Below are positions 24,627 to 37,380 of a DNA stretch of 64,000 nt, in pieces. Both the position numbers and the translations under genes were made by a program. Position 1 is the stretch's first letter; each line of letters opens with the position of its first letter. Source of the DNA: Euprymna scolopes (Eukaryota); assembly GCA_053919585.1 (NCBI GenBank), contig CM132784.1, one strand, 5' to 3'. A model generated the notes under the pieces. That model did no database searches and had not been told where the DNA came from. It worked only from the letters and a program-made list of their open reading frames with translations.

Positions 24627-25030
24627 AACGTCATTTCGGGCCAAGATCAATGTGTAGTATCTGTTCTTCCGATGCTGCATTTTAATTTCTTGTTCTCTGT
24701 CAGTGGATGAGAAATCCTTCACAACTGAGACAATTTTTATTTTTGCTCTTTTTCTCCACGTTACAAAAACGACCCTGCTATCTAACTTTGTCTCGTGGGG
24801 AGACATTGTAAATAGGAACCTAACGTGATTTCGAGCCAAGATCAATGTGTAATATCTGTTCTTCAGATGCTACACTTCAGTTTCTTTTTCTCTGTCAGTA
24901 GAGGAGAAATCCTTCACGACTGAAACAATTTTTATTTTTATTCCTTTTCTTCACGTTAAAAAAACGACCCTGGCGGTAACTAACTTTGTCACGTGGGGAG
25001 GCCTCGTAATCAGGAACTGAACGTGATTTA
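24627..25030 (+). repeat. Tandem duplication of a ~195 bp unit (two copies plus the start of a third)
   Basis: AACGT(C/G)ATTTCG(G/A)GCCAAGATCAATGTGTA..GAGAAATCCTTCAC..AAAAACGACCCTG..TAACTTTGTC repeated. Confidence 0.9.
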
Positions 25031-25410
25031 GCCCTAAATATTTTACAGTTTCCTATATTAAGATCTAGGGAATCGATTCTGGCGGTGCCCAGCTCTGAGC
25101 GCCGGTAATTACTCACCTCTGACTGTGCCCGAAAGAGACGAAAGCGTTTTAAGCATTAACTGCTGCGAGACCTCTTTCATCGAGCCCCCCACCTCCTTCT
25201 CCGGGCAAGCAATGTTCCTAATCAATGGTAGAGTAAGAACTAAATATATTTTTTTGCTTTTTATAATTTATATTGTTTGTCTTTTATAATTCTCAACTGT
25301 AAACAAATGTACTTTTAGTTTGTGTCAATGATGGATATGTTTGGAATATATGTTTCATACATAAGCTATTAAATAGAATAATCTATATAAGTTATGGTTG
25401 GAGATATCTA

Positions 25411-26196
25411 TCTATATATCTATAAAAGTGAAATTGTCTGTGTGTCTGTCTGTGTGTGTTATTTCCCTACCAAATTACTCAAGTTTTAGTCTACAGACTC
25501 GAGATTTGATGTAAAGTGGTATTAAGACTTGGGAAAATCTTTTTAATCGGTTTTCGGCTAAAAATTTGGCTGTTAAGGGGTCAATGTTTAACGATTTAAC
25601 GTTTGAAAACTCTACCAAACTCCTCCGAAAAATTTTGTTTTAAACATTTGAAATTTGAGATCTAGTTTACTTGGACATTGATCGAACTTTTTAAATTGAT
25701 TTGAGCCCAAAACAATAAATATTAAGGGGTCAAAATTGGGGTCAAAGAAAAAAATTTGACCTCTCAGCCAATTTTTGGTTTAACATTTGAAATTTTACAT
25801 TAAGGGATACAGACATAGGGCAAGGTTTTTAATCGATTTTTGGCCGAAAATTTGGGTACCAAGGGGTAAAAGTTCAAAAGATTTTACCTCTGCGGTCTCT
25901 AGCAAACTATTCAGCGAATTTTGGTTCTAAACATTTAAAATTTTACATAAAGGGTATTCAGACATGCAGCAAGTTTTTTAAATCAGTTTTTGGGCGAAAA
26001 TTTAGCTGCCAAGAGATCAAAGTTAAAAGAGTTGACCTTAGCAGACTCTACCAAACTCCTCCGCCAATTTTGGGTCCAAACACTTGAAATTTTAGAGATA
26101 GTGAACGTGAGTCCAATTTTTTAATATATATATACATATGCACATAAAGTTAAGAACAGTGCATAGGGTCCAAGCAAAGCTGGGCTGAACTGCTAG
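25411..26196 (+). mobile_element. Non-autonomous Helitron with internal ~120 bp repeats
   Basis: A|TCTATATATCTATAAAAG..TGTCTGTGTG start; CCAAGC-AAA-GCTGGG hairpin and CTAG|T end. Confidence 0.8.
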
Positions 26197-26599
26197 TATA
26201 TATATATTTCTAATGATAGAGTAAGACTAAATATATGTTATTGTTTTGTGTAATCTACGTTGTTTGTCTTGCATTAATGTCTACTGTAAATAAATGTAGT
26301 ATCCGTACTTTTGATCTTAGCTTTTCGATTCAAGGATAAATATGTTTGGAATATATGTTTAAACATGAACTGTGAAATAAAATAACGTGTCTTTTAACAC
26401 GGATGTCCTATACATATTGGGCATTAGTTCTAGATAACTTATCTGTCTTTCCGCAGCGCAACGGATAAAAGTGTTAAGTTATGATTAGTTCTGAGATAGT
26501 CTTCTAGAGGTTTAAGGTATAATTTCCAGTACGGGCGATAATAAATCTTTGTTTTATCGCCGTTCAACCGTATACACCAAACATGTACTTGTGCTTTAC

Positions 26600-26790
26600 G
26601 AGCACGCCTGAGTACTTTGGTTTCAGCTGTGATGGTTATCATCAGTTCTGGAATAGTCTGAGTATTGTTCTGATAGACATTTTCTTTGAGATAATCACAC
26701 AAATAAAAATCTGTGTGGCTCAGATCCGGTTAGTGTGAAGCTCATTCAAGATTACACCTTTAATTGATGAGACGATCACCAAAGTGCTAT
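26600..26790 (-). pseudogene. rosa/DD41D-like transposase fragment
   Basis: HFGDRLI..PDLSHTDFYLCDYLKENVYQNNTQTIPEL. Confidence 0.7.
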
Positions 26791-27685
26791 CGCTTATCAG
26801 AAAACGGCAATAAAACAAAGAATATCGGGTAATCATGATAGTAACTTGGTGGACCAGACAGGCATAAACGGAAGTTTATGTGCACTAAGTATGATTGAAT
26901 TGTAGAAAGGTTGTGAAACCCTCATTTCTTGCAGTATAAGAGGTAGAATAAATGCTGCTGTGAAACGCATCGCGGGAGGGTGGGTATCTATTCGTGTGAG
27001 AGGCAGAAATGTAAGAGAAATTATATTGGCAAATAATTAACGACAGAAATGAACAACGCCCTCTTCAGCAAGTAATAAAACGTTTCGTTTATAAAGATTG
27101 TTTTCTCTTTTTGACTTCCGTTTCTGCTTGAGACGACGGTGACAAGAAAGATATAATCCCTTCTGATTAATGATTATCTTTCTCTCGAATAACATGAAAG
27201 GTCCCACTTTTCCCATGATAAGAATGGTTTTATGCCCATTGACCATGCCTAATTATCCATCCATATAGACAGCAGAGAATCTTACCTATAACGAACGTTT
27301 TTTGTTTTTCTTTATTACAAACCTTATTTTATTTATTAATTACTTATTTCTGTGTGTGTGTATGGTAGCGAGGATATATTTTGGTGGGGTTCTTCTACAA
27401 AAGGTTCAAAATATTTTCTTTGGTCTATCACGGCGCAGTTTAAAACAAAATAAATATTCCGATTGCTAAATGCGTAGATTGAATGAACGCATCTTATTTT
27501 ATTCAAATCGTGTTAATAGTAAAAACCAGATACGGCCAAAGGTTGAATAGTGGTACCACATCTGGAGAATGTTTCACTCAGAGCACCCTTTGTTGCCATG
27601 GCAGAATTATGAATCGATTACCGAAATCTAGTGAAGAATGATTTCTTTCGTTTCTTACAACCCCTTTTCTCACAAAAAAGACCTT

Positions 27686-27744
<59 letters not shown>

Positions 27745-29223
27745 CTATCATTATTTTCATAGAAGGAGCCTGAATGAGACCAAATCTTTGCTTTCTTTTT
27801 TAAGACGTTCACAGTGTGCCCAGCGTAAAGCAAACATTCTGCAAGAAGAGCTTCATCACAAGGGTTTCCAGTCTACGAAACACACTGCCATGGGACCACA
27901 CAGCTTACAACTTGGTCGCCATCAAAGCTAATACCAACAAGGCTGTTCCGTCAAATATTCGGATTTGATTCTGTACCCTTGACTCCAAAGTCAACAGAAT
28001 CTAAACCACTATGGAAATGGCTTTTTTTTTTTCTGTGGCTGCAGTATTGTGCTCGTCGTTCTGGAAAGGTTTAGGAAGTCTACCCTCTCAGGGCATTGCT
28101 TCCCGTGTTTCGGGGAAGGGTGAGTAAGTTTATTGCTTGCAGCCTGAAGTGCTCTTACTGGTTAATGCCGACAGATGTGTTCAAACAATTTTTAATAGGC
28201 CTGAGTGCTTCTCCTTTCGTTGTTTTGATTTTCTCCCACCTTCCGACCTCATGTCACATTTCCCTGTGGTTGGAAGGAAGCGGTGAATCCTTTTAGTAAT
28301 AAATCAATTAAACCTGACTGTAGTCCTGTTGCGTTAAAATTTGAATATCATTTCTGTTGGTCTGTCATTATAAAGTTTGGAATATCATGCCCGCTGGCGT
28401 GTCACTGTAAAGATCAAAATATAACGTCCGTTGGCCAGTCGGTTAAAGTTTGAAATATCATGTACTTGGTTTGTCACTGTAAACTTTGAACAAGCGTGTT
28501 CATCGCTAAGCACGCAAATTGAATGGGCGTATCTCGACAATATCAGTGCGTGTGTTAAATTGTTGTTGAACACATTTCAGACTAAATGTCGCAGTGATTC
28601 AAACTGTGTCGCAATCGTCCGCTTATTTCGTCATTAGAGCAGGTGCGACGATTTGTGTGGGGTCGAGTCATCGCCAATTACTGATTAAAACGATGACACG
28701 CTCATGGACGTCGACTGAGAAATAAAACAAAGGAAGGCGAAGTTCGGGGTGGAGGTGGAAGAATGATGAACAAACACAAACAGATAGACAGACCGAGAAG
28801 CAGGAAAAACGGCATACAAGGTCGTACCTGATAACTGTCAGTACCTATTTACAATGCCTCCCCACGGGGCAGAGTTGTCAGTAGGCGATCTTTAAAGCAG
28901 ACAAACGGGCGAATAAAAGAATAACATACGTATGTAAGTCTTTTTAAAATAAATATTAACAATTATTATTATTTTTACCTACGATCGAGAGTGTTTCTTT
29001 GCGTACGCAATCATCAGTGTAGGTAGTGGTAATTACTGCTGGTTGGGAGATTCCAACCCAGTCACAAAGCTACATTTACCTTCGTATGCTAGCATCTTAC
29101 TTCAAGGCCATCGGCAATTAACAGAAGAATTGAGGAAAACCAAATACCTATAGATGCCATGTCGGCGAATTTACATAGTAAACAACTGTCAGAGAGTATT
29201 CAACGACCGAAAAACGGAATTAT

Positions 29224-29265
<42 letters not shown>

Positions 29266-29460
29266 TATATATATAATTTTTTTACGTGCATAAAGTGATT
29301 AAAAGTATATATTTACAGATAAAAATGCGCCCCGTCAAAAGGGGCGACTTAATGCCGGCATTTGTAAGCATACAGTAAATTCTCTATCTCTTAAGTGAAT
29401 TTGAATATAACGATGGCATTCCCACGCTGCTACTATCGTTAATAATAACAATGACAAAGT

Positions 29461-29538
<78 letters not shown>

Positions 29539-29904
29539 ACTAATGAAACACCGAAAAGGAAATATTCTACCAGTTCCACAAGTAAAATGATTTTGGAAAG
29601 AAACTCTGTTCATGGGAGTTACGTTTTATCTTAGACAAATAATTCCTTTTATATTTTATATAATTGAAGTAAACATGTTTTACATCGGGTAGATAAGTAA
29701 TAATAATATAATAGAAAGGAGAGTTTTTTTTTCCTGTGTTGGTAGAAAAAAAGAAAAAAGAACGAGTTCTTGCTGAGAAGTGGTTTAAGGGGAACGAGAA
29801 CTCTAAGCTGTTAAACACCTAGCATGGAAATATCGATAGCCCCACCTCAAAGGAGGAAATAATAACTGAGATAATGATGATTTTTATCAATACATGCAAG
29901 GGTT

Positions 29905-30310
29905 AATTTTTTTTTTTTTACACACTCATCACCACATTATCAAGGCCAAGAGGCCACTCGAGGATAAGGGTACAGTGTAACAGTAGAAATTGGACAAAAT
30001 AGTAATCATTAGTAATGGAAATTCGGTAAATTTGTTAACTTATATGGAACGGCTCATCAAGAACTTGTTTACGTTAGACTTGAAGACAACCATATTGTAG
30101 TCAGCCGGAAAGCAGGAAAACGGAAGACAATTCCACAGGCGTGCAGTTCTAAGAAAGAAGCCTTGTTCATGGAATCTACGTTTAGGTTTAGGCACAGATA
30201 AAGAGTGGGGGGGATTATTGATAGTGTTTACAGCTAGACGAGTGTTTCTTGTGAAAGTTTGGCGAGGGGGACCATAGACTGAAGCTAAGTCGAACACTTT
30301 CCATGAAAAT
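29905..30310 (-). mobile_element. LINE 3' end fragment (family of 6335-7196)
   Basis: NTRLAVNTINNPPHSLSVPKPKRRFHEQGFFLRTARLWNCLP..YNMVVFKSNVNKFL, with the same tail motif and poly-A. Confidence 0.85.
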
Positions 30311-30579
30311 AACGATACATCAGAGACAAACTTGCAACATCTTTCGTCGTTTTCTCCAAAGTAAATAAACACATCGTAAATGAATTGATTATTTAATTTT
30401 TTTTTGTTTGGTAAATTTTATTTGTGTATAATAGAAATAAAACAAATATTTTATAGACACACGGTAATACTTAGCTTCGGATACAATCTTATGTAATCTT
30501 TAATAAGCAATTATGTTTTACCGCGGATACATAAGTAATAATAATATGATTAACAATATTAACAACAACAACAATAATA

Positions 30580-32396
30580 ATAATAATGAAAGCAGCTGAA
30601 ATTCTAAGAAAAAAAATCATAGAACCAACATAAATAATGCTAGGTGCATTAGCAACGATCCCAAACAACTTTGAAAAAGAGATTAGAATCAGGGGGATGG
30701 ATGAGAAGGTACAGTGGATAACCATAATAAAAGCAATTAAAACATTTAAGAAAATCCTTGAATTCAGAAACTAATACACATGAGCTATAAACGTTAACTG
30801 CACGCACTAACTTGGATGTTGCAATAGGAATAAAACAAAAATAAACAGAACACGACTACAGGAAACCAAGAAAAATGAAACCGAAACCGCAAAATACTAC
30901 TGTCGCCCCCTTAAAAAATGGTGACGTCTACATCACATGGCGCCACATTAACTCCAGGATCGATGATGGGAAGCATTAGCCAGGTATCCACCGAAAGAGT
31001 GCCAACAAGAATGCGACATTGGAAAGCCTTTTTGCCACTCAAACCCCAAGGAATACCAATGACTGATGCCAGCGAGAAATCAAGGGTAAGCGGTTGTTGA
31101 GATAATGTGAAGTCGCATACGTTGGTTATCGAGAAAAGTAGAGAACACTGGAAATCTGGGGGGGGGTTGTTGTCACTCAGACTCCACGAAAAACTACAGG
31201 TTATTGTCAGCGAACGAGTGTTGGTGATTGCCTGTGTGAGAACTATTGAGCAAGTAATAACAACAACAACAACAACAACAACAACAATAACTATAACACT
31301 ATATCAAAGCAAAGATGTATTCGACACAAAAAGAACAGCAAATGCAGACTCCATGGAAAAAGAGACGAAACGATAAATCATATAATTTGTGAATGCAGCC
31401 AACTACCCCCCCCCCACACACCAATATAAGAATAGACACGATTAAGTGGAGTAAAACCAAACTGGGAACTACACAAACAACTGCACCTTGGACACCTAGA
31501 CAAATAATACAAGCACAAACCGGCAGCAGTATTTGAAAACGAAAATCACAAAATCCTATTGGACATGGACGTACAAACAGATCAACCTATTCAATGAAGA
31601 AAACCGGATGTTATATTAGTTAACAGAAGGAAAAATCCTGTCAAATTGTAGATTTCGCCGTTTTCAGCAGTCCACAGGGTGAACATCAAGAAGCGAAGCA
31701 AACACACACAACTGGCCAGAGAACTGAAGACGAAGAAAGTCAAGATAACATAGATAATAGTAGGAGCACTAGGAACAATCCCGAAAAACTTTAAAAAAAA
31801 AAATAAAATAAAATAAAATAAGAGAGATTGGAATCAGGTTGCTGACTGAGAAGATAAAACAGATAACAATGATAATAATAATAAAAAAAAACAGCTGAAA
31901 TATTAAGGCAAACTCTTTTATGCAGAGACTAATACACGTAAACTACAAACGATAACCGGACATATAAAAACTGCAACAAAGATAGAGGAACACCACGTGG
32001 AATCAAGAAAACTGAAGCCGTGTAATTAAATGTTACCTCCCCCTTTAAAACAAATGTAGTGTCGGCATTAATTGACACCATACCAAGGGGCAAGGAGAAT
32101 GGAAAGACTGAGGAGGGAAAGCACTAACTAGACTTCCACTGGATATGTTCGAAGAGGACTGAGACCTTGACAGAACTTATTGGCACCTAAATTCCAGTAG
32201 AAAGCCAATGGTCGTTGCAAGTGAGAAATCGATGACAACCGGTTGTTGCGATAACGCAAATTATTTGCAAATGTTATCGGAAGAGGTGAAGAGTACTGTG
32301 AATCTGGGGAGGATTGTTGCCACCTAAACTATAGGGATCACCACAGGCTTTTGGCAGAGAGAAATCTTTGATGATGGTCTGTGCGAAAACTCTTAG

Positions 32397-32448
<52 letters not shown>

Positions 32449-32810
32449 CGATGAACTACTAGAAATATGATAATTTGAAAACTCTTGACAAAACACATAC
32501 ATACTCACACACATATATCATTCTCGACTGGTGCCACAGAAAATCGCTATAAAGTCAAAGAAATCATTATTAAGACTTTAACTTGAAGAATTCAGATTGT
32601 ACTGAAACCTAGGGAGTCTTATTACCGCCACTACAAATTGCAGAAAAGATCAACAGTCGGCACCGGTCAGAAATTAATGGTAAACGGCTATTCAGTAACG
32701 CAAAATGATTTGCAAAGGTATTGAAAGAAGTGAACAGAGCTAAGTATCTGGAAAGAATTGTTGTTAATCGTATTTCAGAGGAAATACTACTAGTTAATGT
32801 GAAAAATTAA
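30580..32810 (+). mobile_element. Cluster of R4/Dong-like 3' fragments and tail units
   Basis: 31290-31950 repeats the CCHC/endonuclease motifs (INHIICECSQL, ENENHKIL, KPDVILVN, CQIVDFAV, IVGALGTIPK). The tail unit GAAATCAA..GGT.GTTG.GATAA recurs at ~31075, 32225 and 32670. Confidence 0.75.
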
Positions 32811-32813
32811 TAA

Positions 32814-33440
32814 CTAGCGGGACCTGTGGAAATTCCACAGCGGACTCTTTCATATGTAATATATTGATGTTGGCATTCTGTGTATGTTCAGTGTAAATGA
32901 AAACGCCCTGATATTTTGTAGCTCTTTTGTTAAAACTGCAAAAGTATTTATCTAAGCTAGCAGGGACGACCAGCATAGTCCGGTCGTAAAATATGCTTTA
33001 ATATGATATTTTGATATATGTAGTTTTCGTATATACTATTAGAGAGTTAATTTTTTTATCGATTCTTATGGATTATAAAGTTGTTATTTCAAAATAAAAA
33101 AAATATATATCCATATGATTTTGGCGCACCAACTTGAATCGAAACCGAAACTAAAACTTATGAAGAAAATATATATATATAATTTGAGTTCCTGCGGCCG
33201 TAATCGAAACCAAAACCAAAACTTATGAAGAATTCTTAGTAAAATGATTAATAAAAATATAGATCACCTAAGTGACATCAGCTATAATCGAAACCGAAAC
33301 CAAAACTTATGGTGAATTATTGGTAAAATTATTTATTACAAGAAATGGAATGTTATAACAATTAAATGACAGTAACTCGGAAGAAAAAAGATGTAAGCGT
33401 GACACAAAATAACACACACGTTATCGTATTAATGTATAGA
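32814..33440 (-). mobile_element. Complete non-autonomous Helitron with two 3' termini
   Basis: Minus strand A|TCTATACATTAATA start at 33440. Terminal hairpin CTGTGGA-ATT-TCCACAG with CTAG at 32814, and an internal hairpin with CTAG at 32957-32986. Confidence 0.8.
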
Positions 33441-34030
33441 TAATTACTGTGAAAACACCTTGTGAGTAAATAATAATAAATAAATGTGTAAAATATACAT
33501 ACAAAATAAGTTGTTTCACTCCTGTCTCCCCCGAGGGAAGGTTTGTTGGTTTGATCAGACCGATGGTTGCCCAAGAACATAGAATGGACAGCGATTCCTT
33601 ACGATAACTTCGCGACCTGCAAAATGGTCGACAAGGTTAATTCAGCGCTGACTAAGTGGCGGGAAGCTAATTAAAGGACGGGCGCTAATCCTTTGACGTC
33701 ATCAAACAATCATGTCTGTTTTGAAAAAAAAAAAATTGTAGTGGACGTTTTTCTTTGTAATTGTGTCCTCACATTGCAACAGATAGGCTTTGTCCGTCGG
33801 TTGTTATGGGAGAATTCTATTTAAAAATAGCACTTACGTCGGCAATAGCGCAGATTGAATGGCCGTACTTTATTTTAGAGTTATGCAGTCATCTCTATAA
33901 CAGACAATGTCTAGCAATTCAAATATAATGGTTTATTTTTTCTAATGAGTCATCGCTTATCAAGGACAAAAAACGATTCGACGATATGAATTCATGAGAT
34001 GGATAAATTGTCTATTGAATAATGAAAGAT

Positions 34031-34170
34031 GACGGTGGCTCAGTGGTTAACTACACGGACTGACAAATCTGATGGTGTGTGCCAAGTTCGAATCCATTCA
34101 TTCGTCAGAAACACGTTTATTTAAGATGTTGGCAACCTTCATGTGGTTCCTCCCATAAGTACCCGGTTTC
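34031..34170 (+). mobile_element. tRNA-derived SINE head with a V-domain-like segment
   Basis: A box TGGCTCAGTGG (34036) and B box GTTCGAATCC (34086). GTGGTTCCTCCCATAAGTACCCGGTTTC resembles the V-SINE core. Related copies at 57885-58008 (-) and 59795-59873 (+). Confidence 0.65.
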
Positions 34171-34616
34171 GGTTTAGAGAGAATTCTAATTAGAAAGATA
34201 TCGGGAAAGCCAATGCTAACAACATTATCGAAGCAGTCGTTTACCATTGATCATATCATACAAAATGAGTAGAGCAATAGAGATTATTATGATAGGATTA
34301 TGAAAAGAAGTCTAAATTTGTCCTTTCTTTTACATTCTCTAATTTCTTTCGTTGCGTTTGGTTGACCAACATTCGAGAAAGAAAGAAAGTAATAAAGAGA
34401 GAGAACACACAAAAAAGGAATATACAGTAGAACCCCGGGATACGGCATTAAAAATTAGTAACAAAATACAGTACAGTATACAATACACATGTATATAATC
34501 AAATAACATTATAAATAACACCGTAAAGCGGGCAATATACCGTGACCAGGGTCGGAAAAATATTGTATTCCACATCATAACCTGAAAAAAACTGTATCCT
34601 AGAGCCACTCCTGTTC

Positions 34617-34672
<56 letters not shown>

Positions 34673-34899
34673 TTGCAACTGTAGGTCAGTCGGTTACCGT
34701 GTGAGTTCGAACCTCACTAGTAGATTATACAAATTTAATATACCAGATGTTTTTAATCATCCGTCAACACTGATTTCAAGTTGTGAGCGATTTGTCGTAT
34801 AACTATTACGTTTTTGGTTTTTGTTAACTTTCGGTTCTAAATTATCGAGGCATCACCTATTTTCAAATATTGCATTCTGTATTTTTTCTTTAAATCGGC

Positions 34900-35060
34900 C
34901 ATCTTAAGAAAGTCTTGAAATAAAGACGAAACGTGGACAAACATACAAACAATTTTTGGGTTTTCCTTTTTCCCTTTTTTTATTATGTTAGATCATTATT
35001 TCTATAATAAAGATCAATATTATATATATGTGTGGGTATGCGCGTATGCATATATATATG

Positions 35061-35110
<50 letters not shown>

Positions 35111-35318
35111 ATATTCATTATACTGTGCGTGTACACACACACACATATATATATATGATAAAAATAGTGGAAATAGTATTCCGACAAAATAGAGAAAATA
35201 AAAAAGAACAAACCGTATTATGTGTTCATCAACGTTTCGTCTTTATTTCGAGGCTTCCTCGAAATAAAGACGAAACGTTGATGAACACATAATACGGTTT
35301 GTTCCTTTTTATTTTCTC

Positions 35319-35320
<2 letters not shown>
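34900..35320. mobile_element. Penelope-like HHR relics: degenerate copy at ~34900-34940 and a 131-bp palindrome at 35190-35320
   Basis: Shared GAAATAAAGACGAAACGT. The palindrome has 64-bp arms with one mismatch and a 3-nt loop. Confidence 0.7.
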
Positions 35321-35388
<68 letters not shown>

Positions 35389-35808
35389 TTTTTAGGATAA
35401 AATATGTTTTTCCATTTATATTTCACTCTTTGTGCATACAAATCTTTTTTTGCTTAGAAGCTAAATCTATACTAAACATAACAAAGCATATACAGTATAG
35501 CTGTATAATAACAGTATAGCTGCATTCTAAGATCCAAATATTTATTTTTTATGAAAAGCGGCTCTTCTAGCATGTTTAAATTTCAGTGCATGTTTTACAG
35601 ATCCATTCGGTTATACAGAAACCAACTGTTATTATTATTTCAATACTGACTCTTTTCGTTCATATACTCCTGAGAAATAATAGAAATTCTTTGCTTAGAA
35701 AGAAAAAATGCAAGACAATACAATCCCGGAAAAAAGAAGCAAAATTCATAGAAAACTCAACGTCGTGTGTTTGTTCTAGCAGCCATCTTAGTTCATATAT
35801 ATGTATAT

Positions 35809-35862
<54 letters not shown>

Positions 35863-36463
35863 TAGAATATGCAAGTTGCTTAATATATGGTAACTATAAC
35901 AACTAAGATGAGGATAATCGTTGATCAAAATATTGTGAATGATTGACTTACCTTTCTTTTCTTTTTGTAATTAGCCTGAAAAGATTAAAGAAAAAAAAAA
36001 TAATTAGAAAATTTTAATAAACAAATCCAAATCATATTCGATATAATATATATCACAGTTCTCTTTTCATATATTTTATATGGCAAAGCCGGGGACTTAG
36101 GAATATAAAGCGACCTGATTAGCGGAGAAATACCACTCAATTAGATGCCAACCATAAGAAACACATTTATTACAGTAAAGAATATATAAAAAAAAACCGC
36201 AAACATAACATTATACATCACGTTGACAAACAGAATTCTTACCTATTTGTAGTTGCTGTTCTTTACTTTTATATAGGATATAGATTTCGGAATAACACAG
36301 GTATACTTCATAATAATATATTTTATTAACTGACACTAATGTATATACATTCATTTAATTACAAATAGCTTCTTTGTGTCCAGTACATAACACCCATAAC
36401 TACCAGAATCTTACAGTACATATTCATTCGCTAAATATAGATTACTGCCATTGCCATATATTG

Positions 36464-36515
<52 letters not shown>

Positions 36516-36585
36516 CATTGGATTTACATGTAGAATATATATATTTCATTGGATGTACATGTAGAACGCCAATAGAATACATGTA

Positions 36586-36626
36586 TTTCATTGGAATTAC
36601 ATGTAGAAAACCAATCGATACAACCG

Positions 36627-36705
<79 letters not shown>

Positions 36706-36745
36706 GGTTGTATCGATTGGTTTTCTACATGTAAATCCAATGAAA
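36586..36745. repeat. Inverted repeat (~41 bp arms) centred on (TA)n
   Basis: TTTCATTGGAATTACATGTAGAAAACCAATCGATACAACCG-(TA)n-CGGTTGTATCGATTGGTTTTCTACATGTAAATCCAATGAAA. Confidence 0.9.
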
Positions 36746-36808
36746 CTCGCGCGATTATTAATGTAGAAAAGAGCGGGTATGTAATAATGTTTCTATAATA
36801 AAAAGACG

Positions 36809-36859
<51 letters not shown>

Positions 36860-36936
36860 TTCAATCCTCGGCTAGAGAAGGTGCTAGTCTAGCTGCACTG
36901 ATGTTGTGATACAACAAAACAGTACTGACTGTGGAT

Positions 36937-36974
<38 letters not shown>

Positions 36975-36984
<10 letters not shown>

Positions 36985-37380
36985 TGAAATTGCCTGTGTG
37001 TCTGCCTGTGCGTGTACATTTCCCTACCAATTTACTCTATCAATTTTCAGTGTACGAACTCGAGATTTGACATAAGGAATATTGAGATTTGGGAAAATCT
37101 TTTTAATCGGTTTTCGGCCAGAAATTTGGCTGACAAGGGGTCAAAGTTCAACAATTTGACCTTTGAAAACTCTACCAAACTCCTCCGGCAATTTTGGGTC
37201 TAAACACTTGAAATTTGAAATGTAGGTTCCTTGGACATGGATCAAACTTTTTAACTTCATTTGAGTTCAAAACAATAAATTTTAATGGGTCAAAATTAGG
37301 GTCAACGTTAAAAAAAAATTGACGTCTTAGCCAATTTTTGGTCTGAACAGTTAAAATTTTACATAAAGTGTATTTTGACT
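36975..37380 (+). mobile_element. 5' half of the Helitron family at 25411-26196
   Basis: Colinear homology (TTTCCCTACCAA..CTCGAGATTTGA..GGGAAAATCTTTTTAATCGGTTTTCGGC..TTTGAAAACTCTACCAAACTCCTCCG). Confidence 0.8.

Noticed and set aside
34031-34105. Functional tRNA gene
   Set aside because: A and B boxes are present but the acceptor stem does not pair, and related diverged copies with a shared body indicate a SINE. Weaker tRNA-like remnants at ~27955-28020, 34680-34720 and 49930-49995 were also not called.
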